Source of the DNA: Chloroflexota bacterium
GTDB taxonomy: Bacteria; Chloroflexota; Limnocylindria; QHBO01
Reading direction: 5' to 3'
NCBI GenBank assembly: GCA_052388515.1
Contig: JBQTHZ010000022.1
Coordinates: 25,102-89,101 of the forward strand
Length of the DNA stretch: 64,000 bases
In this document: piece after piece, positions 39,210-49,903 of the stretch
Position numbering within the stretch: the first letter of the stretch is position 1
Layout: each line of letters opens with the position of its first letter
Program-made: the position numbers and the translations under genes
The notes under the pieces: generated by a model
The model's database searches: none
Seen by the model: only the letters and a program-made list of their open reading frames with translations
What the model was told of the DNA's origin: nothing

Positions 39210-41756
39210 ATGCGCAAGGCTGAACTGCCGCACGTCGAACGCCGCGACCACCACCGCGCGCGCCTCAGCGCTGCCGGCCTGGCCGCCGTGCTCACGCTCG
39301 GCACGGCTTCGTACCCGGCCGACACGTCGGCGGCGGATCCGCGACAGGCAGCGATCGAGCAGGTCGCCGTCGAGCATGGCGTCGCGCCATCCGACCTGGA
39401 GGTCGTCAACGAGCGACAGGCGACCAGTGGCGGAGAGACACTCAGCGCGGTGAAGCTGTTCGACCGCCACAGCGGTGAGATCCACTCCGTGTACCGCGAT
39501 GTGCGCGGCGTGATCGGCGACGGCACGGTTCTGCAGGCGGTTACTGACAGGGGCGCGGTCGACCTGACGGTGCTCGAGCGCAAGGCCGATGAGCCGCTGC
39601 TCGCGGCGGTCGCCGAGCTGCCCACCGAGGGCACGTTGCGGGTTGCCATCTGGACCGACGTCGACACGGGCATCGCAGCGGAGGCGGTCCGCGCCGTCCA
39701 TCCGGAGGTCACATGGCTGGCGGGACGGCCCGTGACGGATGACCTCGCGCAGCTGCGGTCGCTCCGCGGCGAGCTGTGGGAGGCACGTCGCGTCGTGCTC
39801 ATGGCGGCGGCCGATCGCCTCCGAACGCGGGTCGAGGCCCAGGGGGGAACGGTCGCGTATGCGAGCACCTCGTCTCCACTCGTCTTCGCTGACATGCCGG
39901 CGACCGGCGTGGAGGCGCTCGCATCCCTCCCGGAGGTGACGAGCATGGGCCTCGAGGGGACCTGGGAGACCCAGATGTCGAGCGCCGGTCGTGCCGTCGG
40001 CGCGAACTGGACGAGCGGGAGCGGCGACCAGGGCAATGGCGTCCGAGTGGGGGTGGTGGAGTACCAGAACGTTCGCAATACCGGCGACATGGCAGGGCAG
40101 GTGGCACGCTCATACAGCACCACCGGCTCGCTGTCGTATGGCAGCGGTGGCGGCGATCATCCGACCTGGGTCGCCGGCGCCGTGGCGAGCAGGAGCGGCA
40201 CCTATGCCGGCGTGGCACCGGGTGCGGACATTGTCAGCGCGTCGACGGGTGGGTACCGACCCAGCCTCGCCACGGACCGAGCGATCATCGCCGCGGCGGA
40301 TTGGGCGATCTCGCCCTCGGGCGGCGACGCGGACATCCTGAACGCCAGCATCGGCCAGGACACCGCGACCGGAGCGGAGGAAGCACGCCGGTACTTCGAC
40401 TCGATCGCCTGGGAGGATGGCCGCCTCGTCGTGGCCGCATCAGGAAACTACGTCACCTTCGGCAACTGGGACGTCGTGTCGCCCGGGACCGGATACAACG
40501 TGCTCACCGTGGGCGGCATCAATGATCGCGGCACTGCCGGCACCTCCGATGACCGGCTCTGGTACGTGCCGGGCTCGAATGGTGCGGCCTACCGTGACCG
40601 GACCGATGCCTCCTGGAACGTGCACGGCGACTACAACAAGCCGAACGTGTCGGCACCATCGGTCAGCGTCAGGACGGCGAACGGCATCATCGGCGATGGC
40701 ACGAGCGTCGCCTCGCCGATCGTGGCCGGGGTTGCCGCCCAGCTGGTGGCCCGTGCGCCGGCACTCGCCGCCTGGCCAGAGGCGACGCGCGCGCTGGTCA
40801 TGGCCGGCGCCTTCCGCCGCAGCCCGATGCCGAACGGCGGAGTCGATACCGACCACGAGGGCGTCGGCACCGTGTCGGCGACCTGGTCGAACCGGGCGCT
40901 GGTCAATGGCAACGGCACGTACGGTGGGTACGTCTTCGGCGCAATGACACGTGGGCAGACGGTCGTTCGCGAAATCCCGGTGGTGGCCGGTCAGCGGGTC
41001 CGTGCCGCGCTCGCATGGAGCAGCCACACCTCCGGTTCGAACACCACCAAGGCCGATGCGCTGATGGCGGACCTCGACCTGCGCATCATCGCGCCGAATG
41101 GGGCCGTGACCGGGTCGTACTCGTGGGACAACCCGTACGAGGTCGCGGAGATCACCGCGGCGACGACCGGTACCCTGCGGATCGAGATCCGGCACGACCG
41201 CTTCGATGCCGCAGAAGAGCCGTACGGCCTCGCCTGGACGGTGCGCGGTCCATTCTTCGACGCCGATGACTCTCCGTTCCGCGCCGACATCCTGTGGGCT
41301 GCCCGCGAGGAGATCACGGCCGGCTGCGCCACGAATCGCTACTGCCCGGGCGCGGCGGTGACGCGCGAGCAGATGGCCTCGTTCCTCCGTCGCGCGGGCA
41401 ACGTGCCCTCGTCATCGATCGATCGGTTCACCGATGACGATGCGTCGATGCACGAGGCGGACATCAACGCGATCGCCGCCGTCGGGATCACCGGTGGCTG
41501 CGCCACGTCACGCTATTGCCCGCGCAGCCCGGTGACCCGCGAACAGATGGCGTCCTTCCTGGTGCGGGCGCTGGACCTGCCGGCCGGCAGCCGAGACTAC
41601 TTCACCGATGACGAGGGCAGCCAGCACGAGGCCGCCATCAATGCCCTTGCCGCGGCCGGAATCACCGGTGGCTGCGCCACCGGGCGCTACTGCCCGGGCG
41701 CCACGGTCACGCGCGGCCAGATGGCGGCTTTCCTCCATCGTGGTTTCGGTCCGTGA
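39210..41756 (+). CDS. Secreted S8 (subtilisin-like) serine peptidase with three C-terminal SLH domains
   Basis: GGAGG RBS and signal peptide. Subtilase His box HPTWVAG and Ser box GTSVASP. Three tandem ~50-aa repeats of F.D......H...I.A.A..GIT.GCAT.RYCP...VTR.QMA.FL fit the S-layer homology domain. Confidence 0.8.
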   Translation: MRKAELPHVERRDHHRARLSAAGLAAVLTLGTASYPADTSAADPRQAAIEQVAVEHGVAPSDLEVVNERQATSGGETLSAVKLFDRHSGEIHSVYRDVRGVIGDGTVLQAVTDRGAVDLTVLERKADEPLLAAVAELPTEGTLRVAIWTDVDTGIAAEAVRAVHPEVTWLAGRPVTDDLAQLRSLRGELWEARRVVLMAAADRLRTRVEAQGGTVAYASTSSPLVFADMPATGVEALASLPEVTSMGLEGTWETQMSSAGRAVGANWTSGSGDQGNGVRVGVVEYQNVRNTGDMAGQVARSYSTTGSLSYGSGGGDHPTWVAGAVASRSGTYAGVAPGADIVSASTGGYRPSLATDRAIIAAADWAISPSGGDADILNASIGQDTATGAEEARRYFDSIAWEDGRLVVAASGNYVTFGNWDVVSPGTGYNVLTVGGINDRGTAGTSDDRLWYVPGSNGAAYRDRTDASWNVHGDYNKPNVSAPSVSVRTANGIIGDGTSVASPIVAGVAAQLVARAPALAAWPEATRALVMAGAFRRSPMPNGGVDTDHEGVGTVSATWSNRALVNGNGTYGGYVFGAMTRGQTVVREIPVVAGQRVRAALAWSSHTSGSNTTKADALMADLDLRIIAPNGAVTGSYSWDNPYEVAEITAATTGTLRIEIRHDRFDAAEEPYGLAWTVRGPFFDADDSPFRADILWAAREEITAGCATNRYCPGAAVTREQMASFLRRAGNVPSSSIDRFTDDDASMHEADINAIAAVGITGGCATSRYCPRSPVTREQMASFLVRALDLPAGSRDYFTDDEGSQHEAAINALAAAGITGGCATGRYCPGATVTRGQMAAFLHRGFGP
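41277..41753 (+). repeat. Three tandem SLH-domain coding repeats (about 150-174 nt each)
   Basis: Repeat units start near 41277, 41427 and 41601. Confidence 0.7.
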
Positions 41757-42480
41757 TCCGCGGCGCGCCGGCGCCGTCCTGGTCGTCGTCGGTCTGCTGA
41801 GCGCCTGCACGACCGACACGCCGCCGTCCGCCGCGCCGCGCGGCTCGACGGCCTCCCCCACGATGGCGGCACCACCGCAATCCTCATCCCCGTCACTGTC
41901 ACCGCAGTCTTCGTCGACCGTGAATCTGCCGGATGGCCTCGCCGTGCCGGAGCCCGAGCGAGCATTCGACCCCGCGACCCTGCTAGATGCCATGCGCACC
42001 TCACGGCGCCCCGGCGGCGTGCCCGATCGGCTCGAGACGGATGCCATCGCATCCGCCCTATCTGACGCGATCCGGGTCTACGGCGGACAACCGTGGACCA
42101 CGATGGCGATTGGAGGGTCCTGCGGTTCACAGATATGCACGCTGGAGGTCGCCGGCACCCGCTCGGGCAACCTCGGCGAGGATCTGTGGGTCTTCGACGT
42201 CACGCCTGCGAGTGGGGCGGTTCAGCTGGTCAGCGCTGACCTGCGGTCGCTGCCACCCGACGTCTCGATCCAGCTCGACGAATTGGCCCGCGCCATGCTC
42301 CCGGCGACCAACTTCGAAGGCCTGAACCTCACGAATGTCCGGTGGCTTCCGCCGCCGGACGACGCGCAGTTCGTCCTGAGCTATCGGTCCGGCGAGGAGG
42401 AGGTGAGCACATGTGGGTTGGACATCACTCTCGATGCCGTCGCGCCGGGCATCGTGTCCAGGCTATTCCTCGACTGCTAG
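41740..42480 (+). CDS. Hypothetical lipoprotein
   Basis: GTG start overlaps the S8 stop. Signal VVSVRDPRRAGAVLVVVGLLSAC with lipobox LLSAC. Ser/Pro-rich linker, then a globular domain containing four Cys. Confidence 0.55.
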   Translation: MVSVRDPRRAGAVLVVVGLLSACTTDTPPSAAPRGSTASPTMAAPPQSSSPSLSPQSSSTVNLPDGLAVPEPERAFDPATLLDAMRTSRRPGGVPDRLETDAIASALSDAIRVYGGQPWTTMAIGGSCGSQICTLEVAGTRSGNLGEDLWVFDVTPASGAVQLVSADLRSLPPDVSIQLDELARAMLPATNFEGLNLTNVRWLPPPDDAQFVLSYRSGEEEVSTCGLDITLDAVAPGIVSRLFLDC

Positions 42481-42481
42481 G

Positions 42482-42906
42482 TCACTCGATCCGCAGCGCC
42501 ACCTCGGTGCTCGCACCGTCGCGAATGCGCCAGGCTCGAAGCGACCCGGCCGGGCTCGCGTCGGGATCGGCGAGGGTGGCCAACAGGTAAAAGGCATCGG
42601 GATACTGCGCCGTGCGAAGGTCGGTGGCTGACGGCACCGCGGGCGATCGCGTGTGGGAGTGGAAGATGGCGACCAGGTCCTCGCCCACATCCTCGATGCC
42701 GAAGACGATACGGACCAGGTCGTCGGGATGCACGTTGTAGCGCAGCGGGCTGGCCTCCACGTTTCGAGCCGGATGGAAGGCGGTGGCTCGGCCCGCGCCG
42801 AGGTCTCCGGCGAGCAGGCCACATGCCTCGTTCGGAAGCTCCGTGCGGGCGTGGGCGATGAGCTCATCCGCGAGGGCCGCGGCGATCGATAGCCCGTCCT
42901 TCACCA
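42482..42906 (-). CDS. mec: JAMM/MPN+ metalloprotease (Mec+ type, CysO-processing)
   Basis: JAMM motif E...HSHTRSPAVPSATD. GTG start overlaps the cysM TGA (GTGA). Confidence 0.8.
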
Positions 42907-43851
42907 CAGGAGCGATCCCTCGAGCTCGTCCTCCAGCTCGTCCAGGTCCCGGCTCCACAGGTCAGCGGAGAGGTACTTCCATCCGCCGTCCGCCAGCAGC
43001 ACGACCACCGACCCAGTCGCGATGTCACGGGCGACGCGCACGGCCACCGCGATGGCCGCCCCACACGAGAGTCCGGCGAAGATGCCTTCCTCGCGCAGCA
43101 GCCGGCGCAGACCGATCACCGCGTCGCGATTGGTGACCAGGAATTTATCGTCCAGGACCGACTCGTCGAGCACCGGGGGGACGAACCCCTCATCGAGCGA
43201 GCGCAGCCCCTGCACCCCCTCGCCGGGCAGCGGCTCGGCGGCCACGATGCGCACCCCGGGTCGCTCGCGCTTCAGGTGGCGACCCACGCCGGTGAGCGTC
43301 CCGCCCGTTCCGAGTCCGGCAACGAACACGTCCACGTCCGGGACCTGGTCCAGGATCTCGGGCCCGGTGGTCTCCTCGTGCGACCGGGGGTTGGCCTCGT
43401 TCCCGTACTGGTACGGCATGAAGAGGCTGGCGTCACCAGCGGCCAGCGACTGCGCCAGCCGGATGGCGCCGTTGGTGCCCTCGGCGCCGGGGGAAGGGAT
43501 GATCTCGGCGCCGAAGAGGCGCAGGACCTGCTCGCGCTCTGGCGTGGTGTTGTCGGGCATCACGATCCGCACCGGGTGGCCCAGGTGAGACCCGATCATC
43601 GCCTGGCTGATGCCGGTGTTGCCGCTCGACGGCTCGAGGATCGTCTGTCCCGCCCGCAGCGAGCCATCGGCGAGCGCGGCCTCGATCATGGCCCGCGCCA
43701 CGCGGTCCTTGACGCTGCCGGTCGGGTTGTTGCCCTCCAGCTTGGCGTAGAGGCGCACGCCGTCGTGCGGCGCGAGGCGCCGCAGCTCGACCATCGGGGT
43801 GTTGCCGATGGCGGCGATGAGATCAGGCGCGGCGCCGACCGTGGCCGGCAT
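42901..43851 (-). CDS. cysM: Cysteine synthase CysM (sulfur-carrier-protein-dependent type)
   Basis: PLP-lysine NPTGSVKDR, SGNTG, and GTGGT. Sits directly between cysO and mec as in the mycobacterial CysO-CysM-Mec+ system. Confidence 0.85.
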   Translation of the reverse strand: MPATVGAAPDLIAAIGNTPMVELRRLAPHDGVRLYAKLEGNNPTGSVKDRVARAMIEAALADGSLRAGQTILEPSSGNTGISQAMIGSHLGHPVRIVMPDNTTPEREQVLRLFGAEIIPSPGAEGTNGAIRLAQSLAAGDASLFMPYQYGNEANPRSHEETTGPEILDQVPDVDVFVAGLGTGGTLTGVGRHLKRERPGVRIVAAEPLPGEGVQGLRSLDEGFVPPVLDESVLDDKFLVTNRDAVIGLRRLLREEGIFAGLSCGAAIAVAVRVARDIATGSVVVLLADGGWKYLSADLWSRDLDELEDELEGSLLW

Positions 43852-43855
43852 CGGT

Positions 43856-44131
43856 CTAGCCAGACCCTCCGGCCATGGCGGGCAGGAGGATGATCGTGTC
43901 GTCGCCGCTGACCGCCGTCTCGAGTCCATCGCGATAGCGCACGTCGCGATCGTTGACGTACACGTTGATGTAGCGGCTCAGCTCGCCGTTCTCGGTGACC
44001 CGGTCTCGCAGGGCCGGGTGCTTGCCGAACAGGTCGTCGAGCGCCTCCGAGACGGTGCTGCCGGTCACGTCGACGGTGCGGCTGCCACCGGTGTTCTCGC
44101 GGAGGACGGGAGGGATGCGGATGATGCTCAT
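43856..44131 (-). CDS. cysO: ThiS/MoaD-family sulfur carrier protein CysO, with Ser-Gly extension after the Gly-Gly
   Basis: 91-aa beta-grasp protein ending ...LLPAMAGGSG, i.e. GG is not C-terminal. Confidence 0.75.
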   Translation of the reverse strand: MSIIRIPPVLRENTGGSRTVDVTGSTVSEALDDLFGKHPALRDRVTENGELSRYINVYVNDRDVRYRDGLETAVSGDDTIILLPAMAGGSG

Positions 44132-44150
44132 GCGTTGTCAGTCCGAGAAG

Positions 44151-45266
44151 TCATGCGCGTGAGCCGGCCGCTGCGAGCGGCTCGGTGCGCGCGATGCCCT
44201 CGCCGCAGGCGGGGCAGGCCGGGTCACGCCAGATTCGGACCTCGTCGAAGCTGGTGCCCATGGCATCGAACATGAGGAGCCGGCCGGAGAGCGTCTCCCC
44301 CACCCCCAGGACGAGCTTGAAGACCTCGTTCGACTGGAGCATGCCGATGACCCCGGGCAGGACTCCGAGCACGCCGGCAACGCTGCAGGCAGGCGCCAGC
44401 TCGTCCGGCGGTTGGGTCGGGTACATGCATCGATAGCACGGCCCCTCGAACGGCACGAAGGTCGTGATCTGCCCGTCCCAGCGATAGATCGAGCCATGGA
44501 CGACGGGCTTGCGCAGCTTCACGGCTGCATCGTTGAGCACGTAGCGCGTGTCGAAGTTGTCGGTGCCATCGACGATGACGTCGTAGTCGGCAATGAGCCG
44601 TTCCACGTTCTCGGCATTCAGGCGCTCCGCATGCTTGACCACCACCGTCTCGGGATTGAGCCCGTGGATGCTGAGCTCGCCCGAGTCGACCTTGCGCATC
44701 CCGAGCCGATCCGCACCGTGCAGGACCTGGCGCTGGAGGTTCGACTCCTCGACCAGGTCATCGTCGACCAGGCCGATGGTCCCCACTCCCGAGGCCGACA
44801 GGTAGAGCGCCGACGGGGAGCCGAGCGCCCCGGCGCCGATGAGCAGCACCTTGGCGTCGAGCAGCCTGCGCTGCCCCTCGGGGCCGATCTCGGGGATCAG
44901 GGTCTGGCGCGCGTATCGACGCTGCTGCGCCGGCGTCAGGAGCTGCCGCGGCTCCTCCCACTGGCCACCCTGCTCCTTCCAGTGGCCGATGGGCGCCTTC
45001 ATGTTCACGACGTTGGTGTAGCCCATCTCCGTGAGCCATCCGGCTGCACGCGCGGAGCGCGCACCCGTGGCGCAATGCAGCAGCAGCGGAGCGTCCCTGT
45101 CGGGCTCGATATCGCCGATGCGCTGCGGCACGTCGCGGAATGGCACGAGGGTCGCATCCACGACGTGGCCCGCGTCCCATTCGCCCTGCTCCCGGACGTC
45201 GATCACGCGATAGCCATCGCGCGCCAGGGCCACCGCCTCGGCGGCGGCCACCTCGCGGAATGTCAT
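44151..45266 (-). CDS. Sulfur-carrier E1 (MoeB/ThiF/MoeZ-like) with N-terminal rhodanese domain
   Basis: N-terminal rhodanese with active-site loop HCATGARS. E1 nucleotide loop VLLIGAGALGSPS. Zn CxxC pairs CYRC and CPAC. ATG overlaps the sufU TGA. Confidence 0.85.
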   Translation of the reverse strand: MTFREVAAAEAVALARDGYRVIDVREQGEWDAGHVVDATLVPFRDVPQRIGDIEPDRDAPLLLHCATGARSARAAGWLTEMGYTNVVNMKAPIGHWKEQGGQWEEPRQLLTPAQQRRYARQTLIPEIGPEGQRRLLDAKVLLIGAGALGSPSALYLSASGVGTIGLVDDDLVEESNLQRQVLHGADRLGMRKVDSGELSIHGLNPETVVVKHAERLNAENVERLIADYDVIVDGTDNFDTRYVLNDAAVKLRKPVVHGSIYRWDGQITTFVPFEGPCYRCMYPTQPPDELAPACSVAGVLGVLPGVIGMLQSNEVFKLVLGVGETLSGRLLMFDAMGTSFDEVRIWRDPACPACGEGIARTEPLAAAGSRA

Positions 45267-45685
45267 GGTGCTGAGCCTCCTGCGAGCACGTCGGCCTCGT
45301 CCGGCCAGCGGGCCTCTGCGCCGATGACGGCGCCCTGGAGCACCTTGTAGCTGAGCAGCGCGCACTTCAGTCGGGCCGGGCCGATCGGCACGCCCAGGTT
45401 CTCGATGACCTCTCTCGGATCGATGCCGCGCAGCTCGTCCAGGCTCTTGCCACGCAGCTCATCGGTCAGGATCGAGGCCGAAGCCTGGCTGATGGCACAG
45501 CCACGCCCGTCGAAGGCGACGTCGGCGACGCGATCCTTCGCCTCGTCGAGCAGCAGGGTCATCGACATCTCGTCGCCGCAGGTCGGGTTCGAATCGGCGA
45601 AGTGCAGGTCATGCGGATCGAGCACGCCCTTGTTATGGGGCTCGCGATAGTGCTCGAGGATGAAATCCCGGTAGAGGTTGTCCAT
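45263..45685 (-). CDS. sufU: SufU/IscU-like Fe-S assembly sulfur-acceptor protein (NifU N-terminal family)
   Basis: Conserved Cys ligands in NPTCGDE, GRGCAIS and LKCA. Confidence 0.8.
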   Translation of the reverse strand: MDNLYRDFILEHYREPHNKGVLDPHDLHFADSNPTCGDEMSMTLLLDEAKDRVADVAFDGRGCAISQASASILTDELRGKSLDELRGIDPREVIENLGVPIGPARLKCALLSYKVLQGAVIGAEARWPDEADVLAGGSAP

Positions 45686-45692
45686 CGATATC

Positions 45693-46952
45693 TCATGCAG
45701 TTCCGAAGAGGCGCTGGGTGGCGTGGATGGCATCGGCGAGGCGCTCGATGTCGTCGACGTCGTTGTACACGTAGAAGCTGGCGCGGGTGGTGGCCGGCAG
45801 ATCGTAGCGGGACATGACCGGCTGGGCGCAGTGGTGACCCGCCCGCACGGCGACGCCATGGCCGTCGAAGACGGTGGCCACATCGTGCGGGTGGACGCCA
45901 TCGATGACGAAGCTGATGACGGCCGCGTGCTCATCCGGTGACGCGGGGCCGAGGAGCCGCACCCCGTCGAGCTCCCCGAGCCTGTCCCAGGCGCGCTCGA
46001 ACAGGAATCGCTCGTGGGCGCGGACGTTGTCCATGCCCAGCCCCTCGAGGTAGGCGATGGCCGCCGTCAGTCCGGCGGCCTCCGCAATGGCCGGCGTGCC
46101 GGCCTCGAACTTGAGCGGCACCTCCGCCCAGGTCGTGCCGGCCAGGGTCACCTTGCTGATCATGCTGCCGCCGGTCATGAAGGGTGGCATCGCCTCGAGC
46201 AGCTCCCGGCGGCCCCAGAGTGCGCCGATGCCCGATGGCCCGAGCATCTTGTGGCCCGACAGCGCCAGGAAGTCGACGCCAAGCTCCACGACCGAGACGG
46301 GCATGTGCGGAACGCTCTGCGCGGCGTCCAGGATCACGAGGGCGCCGGCTTCGTGCGCCATGCGGCTGACCTCGGCAACCGGGTTGATCGTTCCCAGAGC
46401 GTTGCTGACGTGGCCGATGGCGACCAGCTTCGGTCCCCTGGCCAGCCGCCGGCCGAGATCCTCGAGGTCGAGCCTGCCGTCATCGGTGATGGCGACGTAC
46501 TCGAGCGTCGCACCGGTATCGGCAGCGAGCTGCTGCCATGGCACCAGGTTGGCGTGGTGCTCCATCTCGGTCGACAGGACCAGGTCTCCGGCCGCGACGT
46601 TCGTGCGCCCCCAGCTGTACGCGACAAGGTTGATGGCCTCGGTCGCATTGCGGACGAAGACGACTTCGCGCTCGCTCGGTGCATCGATGAAGCGCGCCAG
46701 CGCCGCGCGGGCGCCCTCGAAACGCGCCGTCGCGTCCTCCGAGAGCTCGTAGATGCCGCGGTGCACATTTGCGTAGTGGTGCCCGTACGCGTCCGACAGC
46801 GCCTCGATGACGGCGCGCGGCTTCGGCGCGGAGGCCGCCGAGTCAAGGAAGGTCAGCGGATTCCCGGACCGATGCGGACGATCGAACACCGGGAAGTCGG
46901 CGCGCAGCACGGAGCCGTCGAAGACGCCGGGTCGGAGCTGCTTGATCGCCAT
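45693..46952 (-). CDS. sufS: Cysteine desulfurase SufS
   Basis: PLP-lysine SGHKMLGPSGIG and catalytic Cys RAGHHCAQP, in class V aminotransferase fold. Confidence 0.9.
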   Translation of the reverse strand: MAIKQLRPGVFDGSVLRADFPVFDRPHRSGNPLTFLDSAASAPKPRAVIEALSDAYGHHYANVHRGIYELSEDATARFEGARAALARFIDAPSEREVVFVRNATEAINLVAYSWGRTNVAAGDLVLSTEMEHHANLVPWQQLAADTGATLEYVAITDDGRLDLEDLGRRLARGPKLVAIGHVSNALGTINPVAEVSRMAHEAGALVILDAAQSVPHMPVSVVELGVDFLALSGHKMLGPSGIGALWGRRELLEAMPPFMTGGSMISKVTLAGTTWAEVPLKFEAGTPAIAEAAGLTAAIAYLEGLGMDNVRAHERFLFERAWDRLGELDGVRLLGPASPDEHAAVISFVIDGVHPHDVATVFDGHGVAVRAGHHCAQPVMSRYDLPATTRASFYVYNDVDDIERLADAIHATQRLFGTA

Positions 46953-46966
46953 CGGTCCCTTCGGTC

Positions 46967-47823
<857 letters not shown>

Positions 47824-47827
<4 letters not shown>

Positions 47828-48321
47828 GAATTCCTTGCTTCCTGCGTGGTCATGGCTGAGTGCTGTGCTGCGCGCCTGCGGCGAACCGCAGGCGGATAGG
47901 GCGGGCCTCCGGCCGTGGCGATCACCTCGGCCAGGTTCGTTGCCCCGAGTGTCGAGGAGAGTGACTCGTACACGCGCTGGAAGATCTCGTGCACGCTGCA
48001 TGGCTGCGGCCGGTCGCAGTGCTCGAGATCATCGGCGCCGGCGCACGGCATCTCGAGCAGCGGGCCCTCGAGCGCACGGACCGCCTCGGTCATGGCGATC
48101 TCGTCCGCCGGTCGAGCGAGGCGGTAGCCGCCCGCCTGCCCGCGCGTGGCGCTCACGATGCCGGCACGGCGAAGGTCACCGACGAGCTGCTCCAGGTAGG
48201 CATGCGGCAGCTTCTCGCGCTTCGCGATCTCGGTCAGCGACAGGCAGGTGTCCTCGGGATCGAGGCGCGCCAGCGTGACGAGGACCCGGATGCCGTACTC
48301 GGTCCGCGTGCTGATCTTCAT
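47824..48321 (-). CDS. Rrf2-family (IscR/SufR-like) transcriptional regulator with three clustered Cys
   Basis: N-terminal wHTH STRTEYGIRVL..LSLTEIA. Cys cluster CAGADDLEHCDRPQPC. Confidence 0.8.
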
Positions 48322-48325
48322 CGGT

Positions 48326-48658
48326 TCACAGCCTCACCCGGACCTCGTCGCCATCGACGATCGTCTCGTAGGCGTTGACGGCCCGAACCGGCGGAAGGGC
48401 CAGGACGCGGCCACTGAACAGGTCGAAGCGGCCGCCGTGACGCGGGCACTCGACGCCGTTGTCATCCAGCTCGCCCTCCCCCAGGGTCCCGCCGTCGTGG
48501 GTGCAGACGTTGTCGATGGCACCCCATTCGCCGTCCTCGGTCAGGCCGATGCAGAGCGAGCGGCCGTCCACCTCCACCACGCGGACGTTGCCCGGCTCGA
48601 CGTCGCCAGCCCGCGCGACGGTCACGAAACCGCCGACCGGCTGCTCGAGGGCGGTCAT
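48326..48658 (-). CDS. Rieske [2Fe-2S] ferredoxin
   Basis: CTHDGG...CPRHGGRF, the CxH...CxxH Rieske boxes. 110 aa. ATG overlaps the sufD TGA. Confidence 0.8.
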   Translation of the reverse strand: MTALEQPVGGFVTVARAGDVEPGNVRVVEVDGRSLCIGLTEDGEWGAIDNVCTHDGGTLGEGELDDNGVECPRHGGRFDLFSGRVLALPPVRAVNAYETIVDGDEVRVRL

Positions 48659-49899
48659 GCGAGCACCTCGGTCGTACCGATGCGCCGCGCCAGGGCGTCG
48701 AGGATGCGCTCGCGAATCGTCTCGTCCTCGATCTTCGCCACCACCTGCTCGAAGAAGCCGCGTACGATCATGCGCTGCGCAGCGTCCGCGTCCAGACCCC
48801 GGCTCTGGGCGTAGAAGAGGGTCGTCGGATCGATGGCCCCCGCCGTGGCACCGTGGCCGCAGCGCAGGATGTCGTTGGCCTCGATCTCGAGCACCGGGAT
48901 CGGCTCGGCGCCGGCCTGCGGGCTCAGCAGCAGGTTGCGGCACTCCTGGTAGCTGCTCGTCTGCTTCGTGCCGTGGCGCACGTTGGTGACGCCGTAGAAG
49001 GAGGCGTGGGCCCGATCGTAGAGCGCGGAGAGGTAGAGCAGGTCGCTGGTGGTGTGATCGGCGGCCAGGTCCTGGACGGTATTGATGTCGATCTGCTGAT
49101 CGTCGCCGGCGGCCAGCAGGCCGAGCACCTTCGACGTCCCTCCCTTGCCGGTCATCAGGACGTCCAGCCCCAGCTTCGTCACCTTCGAGCCCACCTCGGC
49201 GTTGAGCGTCGTGACGACGGCGTCCTGCCCACACACGACGCGCTCGGCGCCGATCCGCCACGCGCCATCGCCCAGCTGCTGCAGGCTGGCGTAGCGGACG
49301 CGGGCAGCCTGCCCCGCATGCACGTCGGCGATGCCGCCGAACCATGCGGAGGCGCCGTCGGGTGAGACGACCTCCTCGAGCAGTGTCACGCTGCTGCCCT
49401 CTTCCGCCACCACGAGAGAGACTGGGTAGAAGCTGACATCGCCGCGGGCCAGGACCTGACGCGCCACCAGCGTTCCGTCGACGGTCACGCCGCGTGGGAC
49501 GTGGCAGAACAGACCTCCCGTCCAGGCCGCGTGCGCCAGTGCCCAGAAGTGCGCGTGTGAGCTGGGCCCGTCCGCCTGGCCAAGGGAGCGTTGCACGAGC
49601 TCGGGATGTTCACGGACGGCCGTCTGGAGATCGGTCAGGATGACCCCGGCCTCGGCCGCGCCGGGCGGAAGATGGGTCTCGAGGGCCGGCGCGTCGAGCA
49701 GCAGCTCGGCGCCGCGTGGCAGGCCCTCGAGTGACGTTCGCCGCCATTCCTCTTCCTGGCCGGTGGGCGGCGGGGTCTGCTCGGCAGCCTCCCACCATCG
49801 TGCGCGAAGCGCGCGCAGCCAATCCGGCTCGTCGAACCGGTCGCTGATGCGCCCGATCGCGTCGACGTCGAGCGCCGATGCGGTCTGCGTGAGGGTCAT
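48655..49899 (-). CDS. sufD: Fe-S cluster assembly protein SufD
   Basis: SufB/D family fold, C-terminal motif LFYAQSRGLD. Confidence 0.85.
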   Translation of the reverse strand: MTLTQTASALDVDAIGRISDRFDEPDWLRALRARWWEAAEQTPPPTGQEEEWRRTSLEGLPRGAELLLDAPALETHLPPGAAEAGVILTDLQTAVREHPELVQRSLGQADGPSSHAHFWALAHAAWTGGLFCHVPRGVTVDGTLVARQVLARGDVSFYPVSLVVAEEGSSVTLLEEVVSPDGASAWFGGIADVHAGQAARVRYASLQQLGDGAWRIGAERVVCGQDAVVTTLNAEVGSKVTKLGLDVLMTGKGGTSKVLGLLAAGDDQQIDINTVQDLAADHTTSDLLYLSALYDRAHASFYGVTNVRHGTKQTSSYQECRNLLLSPQAGAEPIPVLEIEANDILRCGHGATAGAIDPTTLFYAQSRGLDADAAQRMIVRGFFEQVVAKIEDETIRERILDALARRIGTTEVLA

Positions 49900-49903
49900 C
49901 GGA

